64,000 nucleotides of DNA from Candidatus Micrarchaeota archaeon (lineage in GTDB: Archaea > Micrarchaeota > Micrarchaeia > Anstonellales > Bilamarchaeaceae): assembly GCA_038046765.1 (NCBI GenBank), contig JBBSVN010000002.1, positions 1-64,000 of the forward strand. Direction: 5' to 3'. Every line of letters begins with the position of its first letter. The stretch's first letter is position 1. Shown here piece by piece: positions 56,532 to 64,000 of this stretch. The notes below the pieces were generated by a model. That model saw only the letters and a program-made list of their open reading frames with translations. It searched no databases and had not been told where the DNA came from. The position numbers and the translations under genes are program-made.

Positions 56532-58919
56532 CTAAAATTCAACCTTAAATTCTCCTTTACTAGTTTCGACATTTTCAACTTTAGTAATTGACTTTAATTC
56601 TCCTATTAGTTCGTTTGAAAATTCTTTTTCAGTAGTTATAGTGCACTTTGGTATTGCCTGGTTTTGGGCAACTCGCGTGCTAGCTTTGTATCTTCTTATT
56701 TCCCCAATAACTTTATTGAACTCTTCAATTAGTTCAATTACTTGTTTGTTTATCTGTCCTGATTTTGGCCAGCTAGATCTATGAATTGTTTTATTAGATC
56801 TTGCATCATGTTCAAAAATCTGTTGATAAATCTCCTCGCTAATGTGCGGTGCAATTGGTGCAATTAATTTAATTGAGTTAAATAATATATAACAAAGAAC
56901 TTCCTGTGCTTCTGTCTTTAATTTCTCATCAGTTCCATAAATTCTGTGTTTTACATATTCAAGGTAATTATCACAAAAATCCTTCCAAAAGAAATTGTGG
57001 AACTTGTTTAATGCATAATGATACTCGAAACTTTCAAAGTGCTTTGTTGATTCTTCTATTAACTGGTTTAGCCTTGAAACAATCCAAATATCAAGTGGAT
57101 TTTTAGAAGAAATCTCACTAACTTCTCGTTTTCCTTTATAATCTGCAATCGATATTTCAACAAACTTCGCAGCGTTCCAAAGTTTATTCATAAAAGATTT
57201 TGAAAATTTTATATCTTCATAACTAAATGGTCTGTCTTTTGCCATTGCCCCTGAAAGTGCTGCCCATTGCCTAATCGCATCAGTTGGGTACTCTTTTAGA
57301 AGTTCGGCTGGAGCGATTATGTTGCCCAAACTTTTACTCATTTTTTTACCATCGGGTGCTAAAACATTGCCATTAAGCAAAATCTCTTTCCAGGGAGCTT
57401 TGCCAGTTAATCCGACTCCGCTTCGATAAATCGTATAAAACGCCCAAGTTCGGACAATTTCAACGCCTTGTGGTCTAAGTGAGATTGGGTAAAGTTTAGC
57501 GTGCATTTCCAAATTATCTGGCCAGCCTGAAATTATTAATGGAGTAATACTAGAATCTACCCAGCAGTCACATGTACTCGTTTCTGCCTTCATAACTGTG
57601 CCGCATTTGCATTTTTTTTCTTTTGCGTTTTCGGCATAATATGGAAGCTCGCTTAAATCTGCGGGCGTAGTAGAATCGCATTTTTCACAGTAGTAAAACG
57701 GAAGCGGAGTACCAAAAATTCTTTGTCTTGAGATAACCCAGTCCCAGTCCGCATTATCGACCCAATCAGTTAAATATGTTATTCCAAAATCAGGAATCCA
57801 TTTAACACCGTTTGCGAATTTTTTTATTTGGCTCGCACTTTCTTTTATGTTTGCAAACCATTGTTTGGAATTTAATAATTCGATTGGTGTGCCGCATCGA
57901 TCATGAACTTTAACTGTCTGTGTTAAGGGCTCTTGCTTAATTAAAAGTTCTTTTTCTTTTAAAAGTTCGATTACTTTCTTTCTTGCTTCTTCACATTTTA
58001 ACCCATCATAAATATTCGAATTGATTATTTTTCCGATGCTGCTTACTGCCTGCGTTAATTTTAATTTGTGTCTAAAGCACCAGACAACATCTGCCTTATC
58101 TCCGTAAGAACTAACCATTGCCATTCCAGTACCAAATGTTGCATCAACATCTTTATCTGCAATTATTGGAATTTCCTGATTGGTTACTGGTACTATCGCA
58201 ATGCCTCCAATAAGTTGTTTATTTTTCTCATCTGTCGGGTTTACGATTAAAGCATTTACTGCGTGAAATAATTCCGGACGAGTAGTTGCAATGGGTATTT
58301 CTTTACCTGTTTTTTTATCCTTGAATTTAACATAATTTAAACTTGTATTTCTGCTTAAATCATCGAGTTCTGCCTTAGCTATTGCTGAATTGCATTTAGT
58401 ACAAAAATAAACTGGGTACTCGCTTCGATAAACCATTTTTTTATTATACATTTCTATTAGTGAAAGTTGGACTTTTCTATGGTATTCTTTGTCCATTGTT
58501 CGATATTCATAAGTCCAGTCTGGCGAAAAACCCATTTCATTCATCTGGGTTTTCATCCTTGCAATCATTTCAACTGTCCATTCGATGCATTTTTGTCTAA
58601 ACTCTGTTGGTGGCAGTCTTCCATATTTTTTTTCAACTTTGACTTCGGTCGGAAATCCTTGGGTATCCCAGCCTTGGGGGTAAAAGACATTAAATCCTTT
58701 CATTCGTTTAAAACGTGCAATAAAATCAAAATAACTGTAGCTTAAAACATGGCCCATGTGAAGCTCTCCACTTGTAAATGGAGGAGGGGTATCGATTGAA
58801 TATATCTGTTTTGGGTCTAGCGTTTTGAGTTTTGCTTCATCAAACGCATAAATTTTATGTTCCGCCCAATATTCCTGCCATTTTTTCTCTGTTTCATGAG
58901 TAAAATTTTTATCAAGCAT
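56532..58919 (-). CDS. valS: Valine--tRNA ligase
   Basis: DTPPP, HMGH, ATTRPE, DWVISRQR, KMSKS, NKLWNA. Confidence 0.97.
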   Translation of the reverse strand: MLDKNFTHETEKKWQEYWAEHKIYAFDEAKLKTLDPKQIYSIDTPPPFTSGELHMGHVLSYSYFDFIARFKRMKGFNVFYPQGWDTQGFPTEVKVEKKYGRLPPTEFRQKCIEWTVEMIARMKTQMNEMGFSPDWTYEYRTMDKEYHRKVQLSLIEMYNKKMVYRSEYPVYFCTKCNSAIAKAELDDLSRNTSLNYVKFKDKKTGKEIPIATTRPELFHAVNALIVNPTDEKNKQLIGGIAIVPVTNQEIPIIADKDVDATFGTGMAMVSSYGDKADVVWCFRHKLKLTQAVSSIGKIINSNIYDGLKCEEARKKVIELLKEKELLIKQEPLTQTVKVHDRCGTPIELLNSKQWFANIKESASQIKKFANGVKWIPDFGITYLTDWVDNADWDWVISRQRIFGTPLPFYYCEKCDSTTPADLSELPYYAENAKEKKCKCGTVMKAETSTCDCWVDSSITPLIISGWPDNLEMHAKLYPISLRPQGVEIVRTWAFYTIYRSGVGLTGKAPWKEILLNGNVLAPDGKKMSKSLGNIIAPAELLKEYPTDAIRQWAALSGAMAKDRPFSYEDIKFSKSFMNKLWNAAKFVEISIADYKGKREVSEISSKNPLDIWIVSRLNQLIEESTKHFESFEYHYALNKFHNFFWKDFCDNYLEYVKHRIYGTDEKLKTEAQEVLCYILFNSIKLIAPIAPHISEEIYQQIFEHDARSNKTIHRSSWPKSGQINKQVIELIEEFNKVIGEIRRYKASTRVAQNQAIPKCTITTEKEFSNELIGELKSITKVENVETSKGEFKVEF

Positions 58920-59014
58920 AGTAATCACACATCAAATTAATACAAATTATCTGTTAGTTTAATACAAACTATTTACTGCAAATAATTTAAATCACGAACG
59001 GTCTAATAAAACTC

Positions 59015-59791
59015 ATGGAAATTATTTTTCTTGGTACTGGTGGGGGGCGGGTAAACCTTTTGAAGCAAATTCGATTAACTGGGGGTTTTAGGATAAATTC
59101 AAAATCTGCAAATATCCATGTTGACCCGGGTCCTGGTGCTCTAATTAATAGCATAAACGCAAACCAAAATCTTTTTGATTTAGATGTAGTTATTGTGAGT
59201 CATACTCATATTGATCATTCAAATGACGCAGGTCTTCTAATTGAAGCAATGAGCGATCATGCATTAAAAAATGGAGGAATACTTATTGCAAGTGATAACA
59301 GCTTAGGTACAACTACATCTGATCACGTAATATCTAAATTTCATCAAAAACTCGTTCTTGAAAATTATACTGCTAAATGGGGCGACAAAAAAACATTTAA
59401 AACAAAAAAGACAAATCGTTCTTTTGAAATTGAAATATTAAAAACTGATCATGGCGATTCTAGTGGATTTGGGTTTAAACTTTTTGTCGATGGAAAAATA
59501 ATTGGCTATACAAGCGATACTGGGCTCTTTGAAAATATGGGGAGTTTATACCAAGGTTGCGATGTTCTAGTTCTAAACTGTTTAAAATTAAAACCGGACA
59601 ATTTCAATAAGCATTTGTCAGTTGATGATTCAATCCAGTTGTTAAAAGTTGTAAAACCAAAACTCGCAATACTAAATCATATTGGAACGCACATAATCGA
59701 AGCTGGTCCGGAACTTATTGCAAAACGGATTGAAAAGGAAACTGGGGTTAAAACTGTTGCTGCGAAAGATTTTCAGATATTTCGCTTATAA
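59015..59791 (+). CDS. Metallo-beta-lactamase fold hydrolase
   Basis: LGTGGGR, VDPGPG, SHTHIDH, YTSDT. Confidence 0.92.
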   Translation: MEIIFLGTGGGRVNLLKQIRLTGGFRINSKSANIHVDPGPGALINSINANQNLFDLDVVIVSHTHIDHSNDAGLLIEAMSDHALKNGGILIASDNSLGTTTSDHVISKFHQKLVLENYTAKWGDKKTFKTKKTNRSFEIEILKTDHGDSSGFGFKLFVDGKIIGYTSDTGLFENMGSLYQGCDVLVLNCLKLKPDNFNKHLSVDDSIQLLKVVKPKLAILNHIGTHIIEAGPELIAKRIEKETGVKTVAAKDFQIFRL

Positions 59792-60299
59792 AAATCTAGC
59801 CTTAAGATATGGAGAAAAATAGTTCCCGTATTTTTTCTGCAAATCCTTCCTCATCCAGTCATCTGCTTTTATTATTTTTCTGCAGTTTTCGCTCTTACAA
59901 TTACATTTTAAGTCTTCCATGCTTGATTCACAAAATGCGTAGTCTAAAGTCAACTCTTCTCCCTTTTGTATATCTCTTATTGCAACTAAACGAAGCGATC
60001 CATTAAATCCGCAATTAGGCTCGCAAGAGTGATTGAAAGATGCTGTTTGTTTTATTTCTTCTTTTGAAGTTGGGACAATAAAAAATTCATCATCGTACTG
60101 TATTCCAATGTGGTACATTTTTTTCCAATAATCTTTTATTTGTGATTTATGTACTATACTTCCTCCAAAAACGCAAATAGTTTCATTTTTTTTTTATATT
60201 ATCTGTTGCAATCGCACCAAGACCTTGGATTTTTGAATCGATCGACCTTACTTTCGCGCTTATCCATCTATGAGGTATCGAAGAATGTAAATCTTGCAT
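59786..60299 (-). CDS. SET-domain lysine methyltransferase with post-SET; frameshift in an A10 run
   Basis: SKIQGLGAIAT..., NHSCEPN, GEELTLDY, CNCKSENCR; frame breaks at T10 60186-60195. Confidence 0.88.
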
Positions 60300-60520
60300 T
60301 ATTTTCTTACTCAACTTAAATTTTTAATGTTTCCTCATAATTTGCTATCATTTTTCCTAAATTCATGAATTGCCGGCAACACCAAGAGAGAATCATTTGT
60401 GTGTTGCCCTACTTGTTTGCAATTTGAAGAGCCGCTTTTTTCTTTGTAATAAGTTGATACTTAGCCTAGACTTAGCTTTTTAAATAACATACTCGTTAAT
60501 CTAAGAAAGGAGGATCAGTT

Positions 60521-61330
60521 ATGAATCAACAAAAAATGTTTATGTACGGAACAGTCGCAACTGCGTTACTAGGATTTATTATAATTATCACTAGTGGCGG
60601 AGCTGGTTTACTTGGTTTAATAGGTGGTCTTTTTGCCGCGATAGGTGCTGTTTTTGCAGTTCTTGTAATAAAATATGGATACTTAATCATCCCGTTAATA
60701 ACTCAAAGAACAAAAACAGTTATCTTAACTGATACGGGATATGAAATACCCTCTTCTCAAGATGTTATTGTAAAGAATGTTAACGGTGTTTACTACGCAT
60801 CCAGTTTCCTGGTAGTTAAAGTATATGAATCAACTACTGAAAAAACTACTGAAGAAACTCTGGCCTACAACGAATTTTTTGAAAGAGCAATTTCAAATAT
60901 GAAATACGTTACAAAAATTTCATTACTTTTATATGTTGAAGAAATTGGAGAGCGAAGAAAACTTTTGGAAGCAAAACGCGCTGAAGCACAATTAAGGTTA
61001 GCAAGAGAACGGGAAAAAGCAGAAGCTGATGTTCTTAAAGTAGATAAGTTGGAGCGTGAAGTAGCTTTTAGAAATGCACAACTTAACGAAATAATTAAAG
61101 GAGTAAAACCGATGGGTTTAGTTGCCTATGCAATGACAACTGCTGCTGAATTAAGTAAAGATGCTGCGATTGCAACAGTCAAATCCAGGGTCAATGAACT
61201 TAAATCGGTTCTTGCGAACTCGCTTAATGTTGAAGTAGATATCGTAACTGGAGATCAGATGATGAAATGCTTCGAATGGGAAACATTCCTTCCAACAAGT
61301 CCACAGGAGCTTGAAGAAGCAGTCAGTTAA
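60521..61330 (+). CDS. Membrane protein with coiled coil, upstream partner of the VirB4-like ATPase
   Basis: Two N-terminal TM helices, coiled coil RRKLLEAKRAEAQLRL; GGAGG SD. Confidence 0.8.
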   Translation: MNQQKMFMYGTVATALLGFIIIITSGGAGLLGLIGGLFAAIGAVFAVLVIKYGYLIIPLITQRTKTVILTDTGYEIPSSQDVIVKNVNGVYYASSFLVVKVYESTTEKTTEETLAYNEFFERAISNMKYVTKISLLLYVEEIGERRKLLEAKRAEAQLRLAREREKAEADVLKVDKLEREVAFRNAQLNEIIKGVKPMGLVAYAMTTAAELSKDAAIATVKSRVNELKSVLANSLNVEVDIVTGDQMMKCFEWETFLPTSPQELEEAVS

Positions 61331-61364
61331 TGTTAAATGGTTCAAAATTCAAAACGGGATAAAA

Positions 61365-62942
61365 ATGGTATTACCTCTAAAACTAAGTCGAATTTCAAAT
61401 AAAGAATTAGCTAAACGTAATCCGTTTATCTACCCGCCAGAGCCGCCCTTAGATGTAACTATGGGTGACCCCACCGATTCTATTTTTATCGGAAGAACTC
61501 AAATATTTAAGGCACCTTTTTACTGGTCATTTGAGAATGTCGCAAATCCGCACATTGCAGTTGTAGGAATCAGTGGATCTGGTAAAAGTTATTTTATTAA
61601 AACATTTCTTATTCGTGCGTCTTATGTGTGGAATTCAAATGCATTAATCATTGACTGGGCAGGAGAATACCGTGATTGGGTAAAAGAAACAGGAGGAAAA
61701 ATCATTTCACTTGGTAAAGGATCATACTTAAATTTACTCGATTTAGGTGGCATGGCGCCATACGACCGGATAAAACAAATTGTGCGTACATTAGAACTCT
61801 TAACTGATATAAAAAATTATCCCGAACAGCGAAGACTGACCGAGCAAGCAATCGAAAAAGCATATTTGGAAAATAAATTTAAACTAGATGTTGCTGAACA
61901 AAAAGATGAATTAGGAAAAACCAGGGCACCACCAACACTAAAAGATGTTGTAAAAATTCTGGAAGAACAAGCAAAACTTGGTTCATACGAATTTCCTGCG
62001 GAATTAGAAAATGCAATCTATCGATTAAAGCAATTTACAAAAAGCGGTCAGGATTATTTTGCACAGCAAAGTACTGTTAAACTTGATGACATTATAGATA
62101 GTGGTATGGTTGATCTTGATGTTTCGGGTTTACCAAGCGAGGAATTTCGTGCTTTAGCTGCTCTTACGATTCTACAATTTGTAAAAGAAAAAATGCGTGC
62201 AACAGGTTGGGCAAAAACTAAAGGTCTAAGACTTATTGTTGTTTTAGACGAAGCGTGGAAAATTGCAAAAGAAGATAACAGCGATGCAGTTATGATTGTC
62301 CGTGAAGGTAGAAAATACAACTTTGGGATAATTGTAGCAAGCCAGAACCCAACAGATATAAGTGAAGCAATATTTAGCAACGTTGGAACAACCTTTATTC
62401 TTAAGGTAAAATTTGAACGGTTTTTAGATTACTTGCAAGGTAGTCTTAACTTTAGTAACTACATGAGAAATGAAATCCAAAGGTTTGGGGTAGGTCAGGC
62501 TGCAGTAAACATGGCATTAACAACTCCGACTCCATACCCATCGACATTCATAGTTGAAAAAATCAAAGGCGAAGAACCAGTTAAGGAATATTTCCTTGAC
62601 CTATCGAGCGTTCTTACGCAAAAGCAACTGAGGGAGGTTTCTGTGTCACGAAGTATATCCTTTATAAAAGAAGATTTGAGAAAGAAACTAAGGCAGTATG
62701 GTGTTAGTGAGGAAAAAGTTGAAGAAACTACAAAACTTTTAGAAAAAAGCAACCGACACATAGATGTAGTTACATTTGTTATCCTTCTTGAGCGATATGG
62801 TCTAGCAAGAAGAAACATAACCGAGTTCCTTAAAGAAGCAGGTATTGACGATATTACGATTATTAATATATTTGGTAAGGTTGACTTAAAGAAAACCGAA
62901 TTTGGAGGTAAGGAAATAACTCAGGTTGTACTTGAAGATTAA
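61365..62942 (+). CDS. VirB4/HerA/FtsK-superfamily P-loop ATPase
   Basis: NPHIAVVGISGSGKS (Walker A), IID..GEY, VVLDEAW (Walker B), REGRKY, ASQNPTDI. Confidence 0.9.
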   Translation: MVLPLKLSRISNKELAKRNPFIYPPEPPLDVTMGDPTDSIFIGRTQIFKAPFYWSFENVANPHIAVVGISGSGKSYFIKTFLIRASYVWNSNALIIDWAGEYRDWVKETGGKIISLGKGSYLNLLDLGGMAPYDRIKQIVRTLELLTDIKNYPEQRRLTEQAIEKAYLENKFKLDVAEQKDELGKTRAPPTLKDVVKILEEQAKLGSYEFPAELENAIYRLKQFTKSGQDYFAQQSTVKLDDIIDSGMVDLDVSGLPSEEFRALAALTILQFVKEKMRATGWAKTKGLRLIVVLDEAWKIAKEDNSDAVMIVREGRKYNFGIIVASQNPTDISEAIFSNVGTTFILKVKFERFLDYLQGSLNFSNYMRNEIQRFGVGQAAVNMALTTPTPYPSTFIVEKIKGEEPVKEYFLDLSSVLTQKQLREVSVSRSISFIKEDLRKKLRQYGVSEEKVEETTKLLEKSNRHIDVVTFVILLERYGLARRNITEFLKEAGIDDITIINIFGKVDLKKTEFGGKEITQVVLED

Positions 62943-62956
62943 TCTTTTAAATAAAT

Positions 62957-63421
62957 ATGTCAGGTGAGTTTATTAAAAAATGCATAATCTGTCAAAAAGA
63001 TATTGAAAACGAAAATGCGGTAAAGGTAAAAGATGATAAGATAATTACTACTATTCGTGCGATAAAAACAAAATTAAATGCTGTAAAAGGAAATGAACTT
63101 TATGTTTGTGAAAAAGATTTAGAAGTTCACGCAAAAAAAAGAAAAACTTATGAAAAAGATACTTTTATTGCTATGGTAATTGCTGGTCTAGCCTTTTTAT
63201 TTTTACTACTTCTTCCAATTATTCAAGGTAGAATCGACATTCAGTTCATAATCGCATCACTAATCATTTGCCTTGCGATTGTTTTTATGGCAGTTATACT
63301 AAAATATGTTCCAGCTACGCAAGAAACAAAGCTAAAATCTTCGGTACAAGAATCTGTGTCTGTAGATCAATATCGAGTTTCAGATACAAAAAAGAAAAAA
63401 ACTCAACTAAATAAAAAATAA
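62957..63421 (+). CDS. Membrane protein with N-terminal CxxC...C motif
   Basis: CIICQK, YVC..D..H, two TM helices. Confidence 0.75.
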   Translation: MSGEFIKKCIICQKDIENENAVKVKDDKIITTIRAIKTKLNAVKGNELYVCEKDLEVHAKKRKTYEKDTFIAMVIAGLAFLFLLLLPIIQGRIDIQFIIASLIICLAIVFMAVILKYVPATQETKLKSSVQESVSVDQYRVSDTKKKKTQLNKK

Positions 63422-63455
63422 GTAAAATAATTCAAAATCATGAAATGTGGTATAT

Positions 63456-64000
63456 ATGGCAGTTACAAACCCCGCATCAAAACCAACACCGCAGTTAAAT
63501 AAATCTTCTCCGGGCGTTGATGGATTTAAATTGAAAGCTAGTCTAAAGGGAAAGATGGAAGATATTTCCTCTGCCTTACGTACCGTCTCATTTTTGGAAG
63601 TCGGTGCTGAAAGAGAGGCAGTTAATGCTGCATACATTGAAAGCAGGGACATTAACAAAATGCCATACCTGTTTAGTATATTGAAAATAAAAAATGACGA
63701 ACTGGAGATAGTATATACGATTCCATCGGAAATTTCACCTAAAAAAAGAAGACTTGACATGATTCGGTATTTGCTTAATATTCTTAGTCTTATTGAACCA
63801 TATTATAAAGTAGAAACTACCTCAATCTATCAATTGATTGAAAACGCTGTAAAAGAAATAAGTGAAATAGTTTCACTTGACTACAGTAAACTTTATACTT
63901 CGTATGATACTTTGAAAAAAGAACTTGATGATACAAAGAGGAAACTTGGTAGGTTTACTCAAGAAAATCAGAGCCTTACTAACAGAAATTTTGAACTGAA
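63456..64000 (+). CDS. Coiled-coil hypothetical protein (partial, runs off window end)
   Basis: MAVTNPASKPTPQLNKSSPGVDGFKLKASL... open to the end of the window. Confidence 0.75.
   Translation, partial: MAVTNPASKPTPQLNKSSPGVDGFKLKASLKGKMEDISSALRTVSFLEVGAEREAVNAAYIESRDINKMPYLFSILKIKNDELEIVYTIPSEISPKKRRLDMIRYLLNILSLIEPYYKVETTSIYQLIENAVKEISEIVSLDYSKLYTSYDTLKKELDDTKRKLGRFTQENQSLTNRNFEL

Noticed and set aside
61365..62942. HerA DNA-repair helicase
   Set aside because: No N-terminal HAS barrel is evident, there is no nurA/mre11/rad50 context, and the neighbours are membrane proteins
678..63760. Many short ORF-track entries overlapping real genes (e.g. 2202-2585, 4433-5029, 35487-35801, 48555-49091, 51203-51604, 62054-62380, 63407-63760)
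   Set aside because: They are antisense or alternate-frame shadows of well-supported genes and have no motifs of their own

Overview
This is an AT-rich, gene-dense archaeal chromosome segment. The markers are archaeal: aIF2-beta/gamma, aIF1A, Rio1, eS6, eS1, uS15, uS10, eL41, L1/P0/L12, Rpo11, Csl4, Spt5, SecE, FtsZ, NAC, Trm56, LonB and R15P isomerase. Short intergenic spaces, many orphan genes and intron-rich tRNAs point to a DPANN archaeon, most plausibly Micrarchaeota (inference, no database search). By eye I reconstructed five tRNA genes: Ser-GCT, Gly-CCC, Ser-GGA, Gln-TTG and Val-CAC. All five are interrupted, with nine bulge-helix-bulge(-like) introns in total, seven at non-canonical positions, and two tRNAs carry three introns each. 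The most notable observations are: (1) a seven-hairpin, GAT-linked array directly 3' of tRNA-Ser(GCT); (2) a probable AUA start codon on the aIF2-gamma gene; (3) a protein that looks like a bacterial outer-membrane beta-barrel; (4) a chromosomal VirB4/HerA-like ATPase operon plus a separate VirB2-like pilin, a candidate uncharacterised secretion or DNA-transfer system, together with many orphan, ankyrin, HEAT and SET proteins; (5) dispersed TAGCNNN heptamer arrays; (6) several unexplained structured intergenic elements. Three genes (spt5, thpR, SET protein) carry single-base lesions that may be assembly errors. I found no rRNA, CRISPR array, transposase or integrase.
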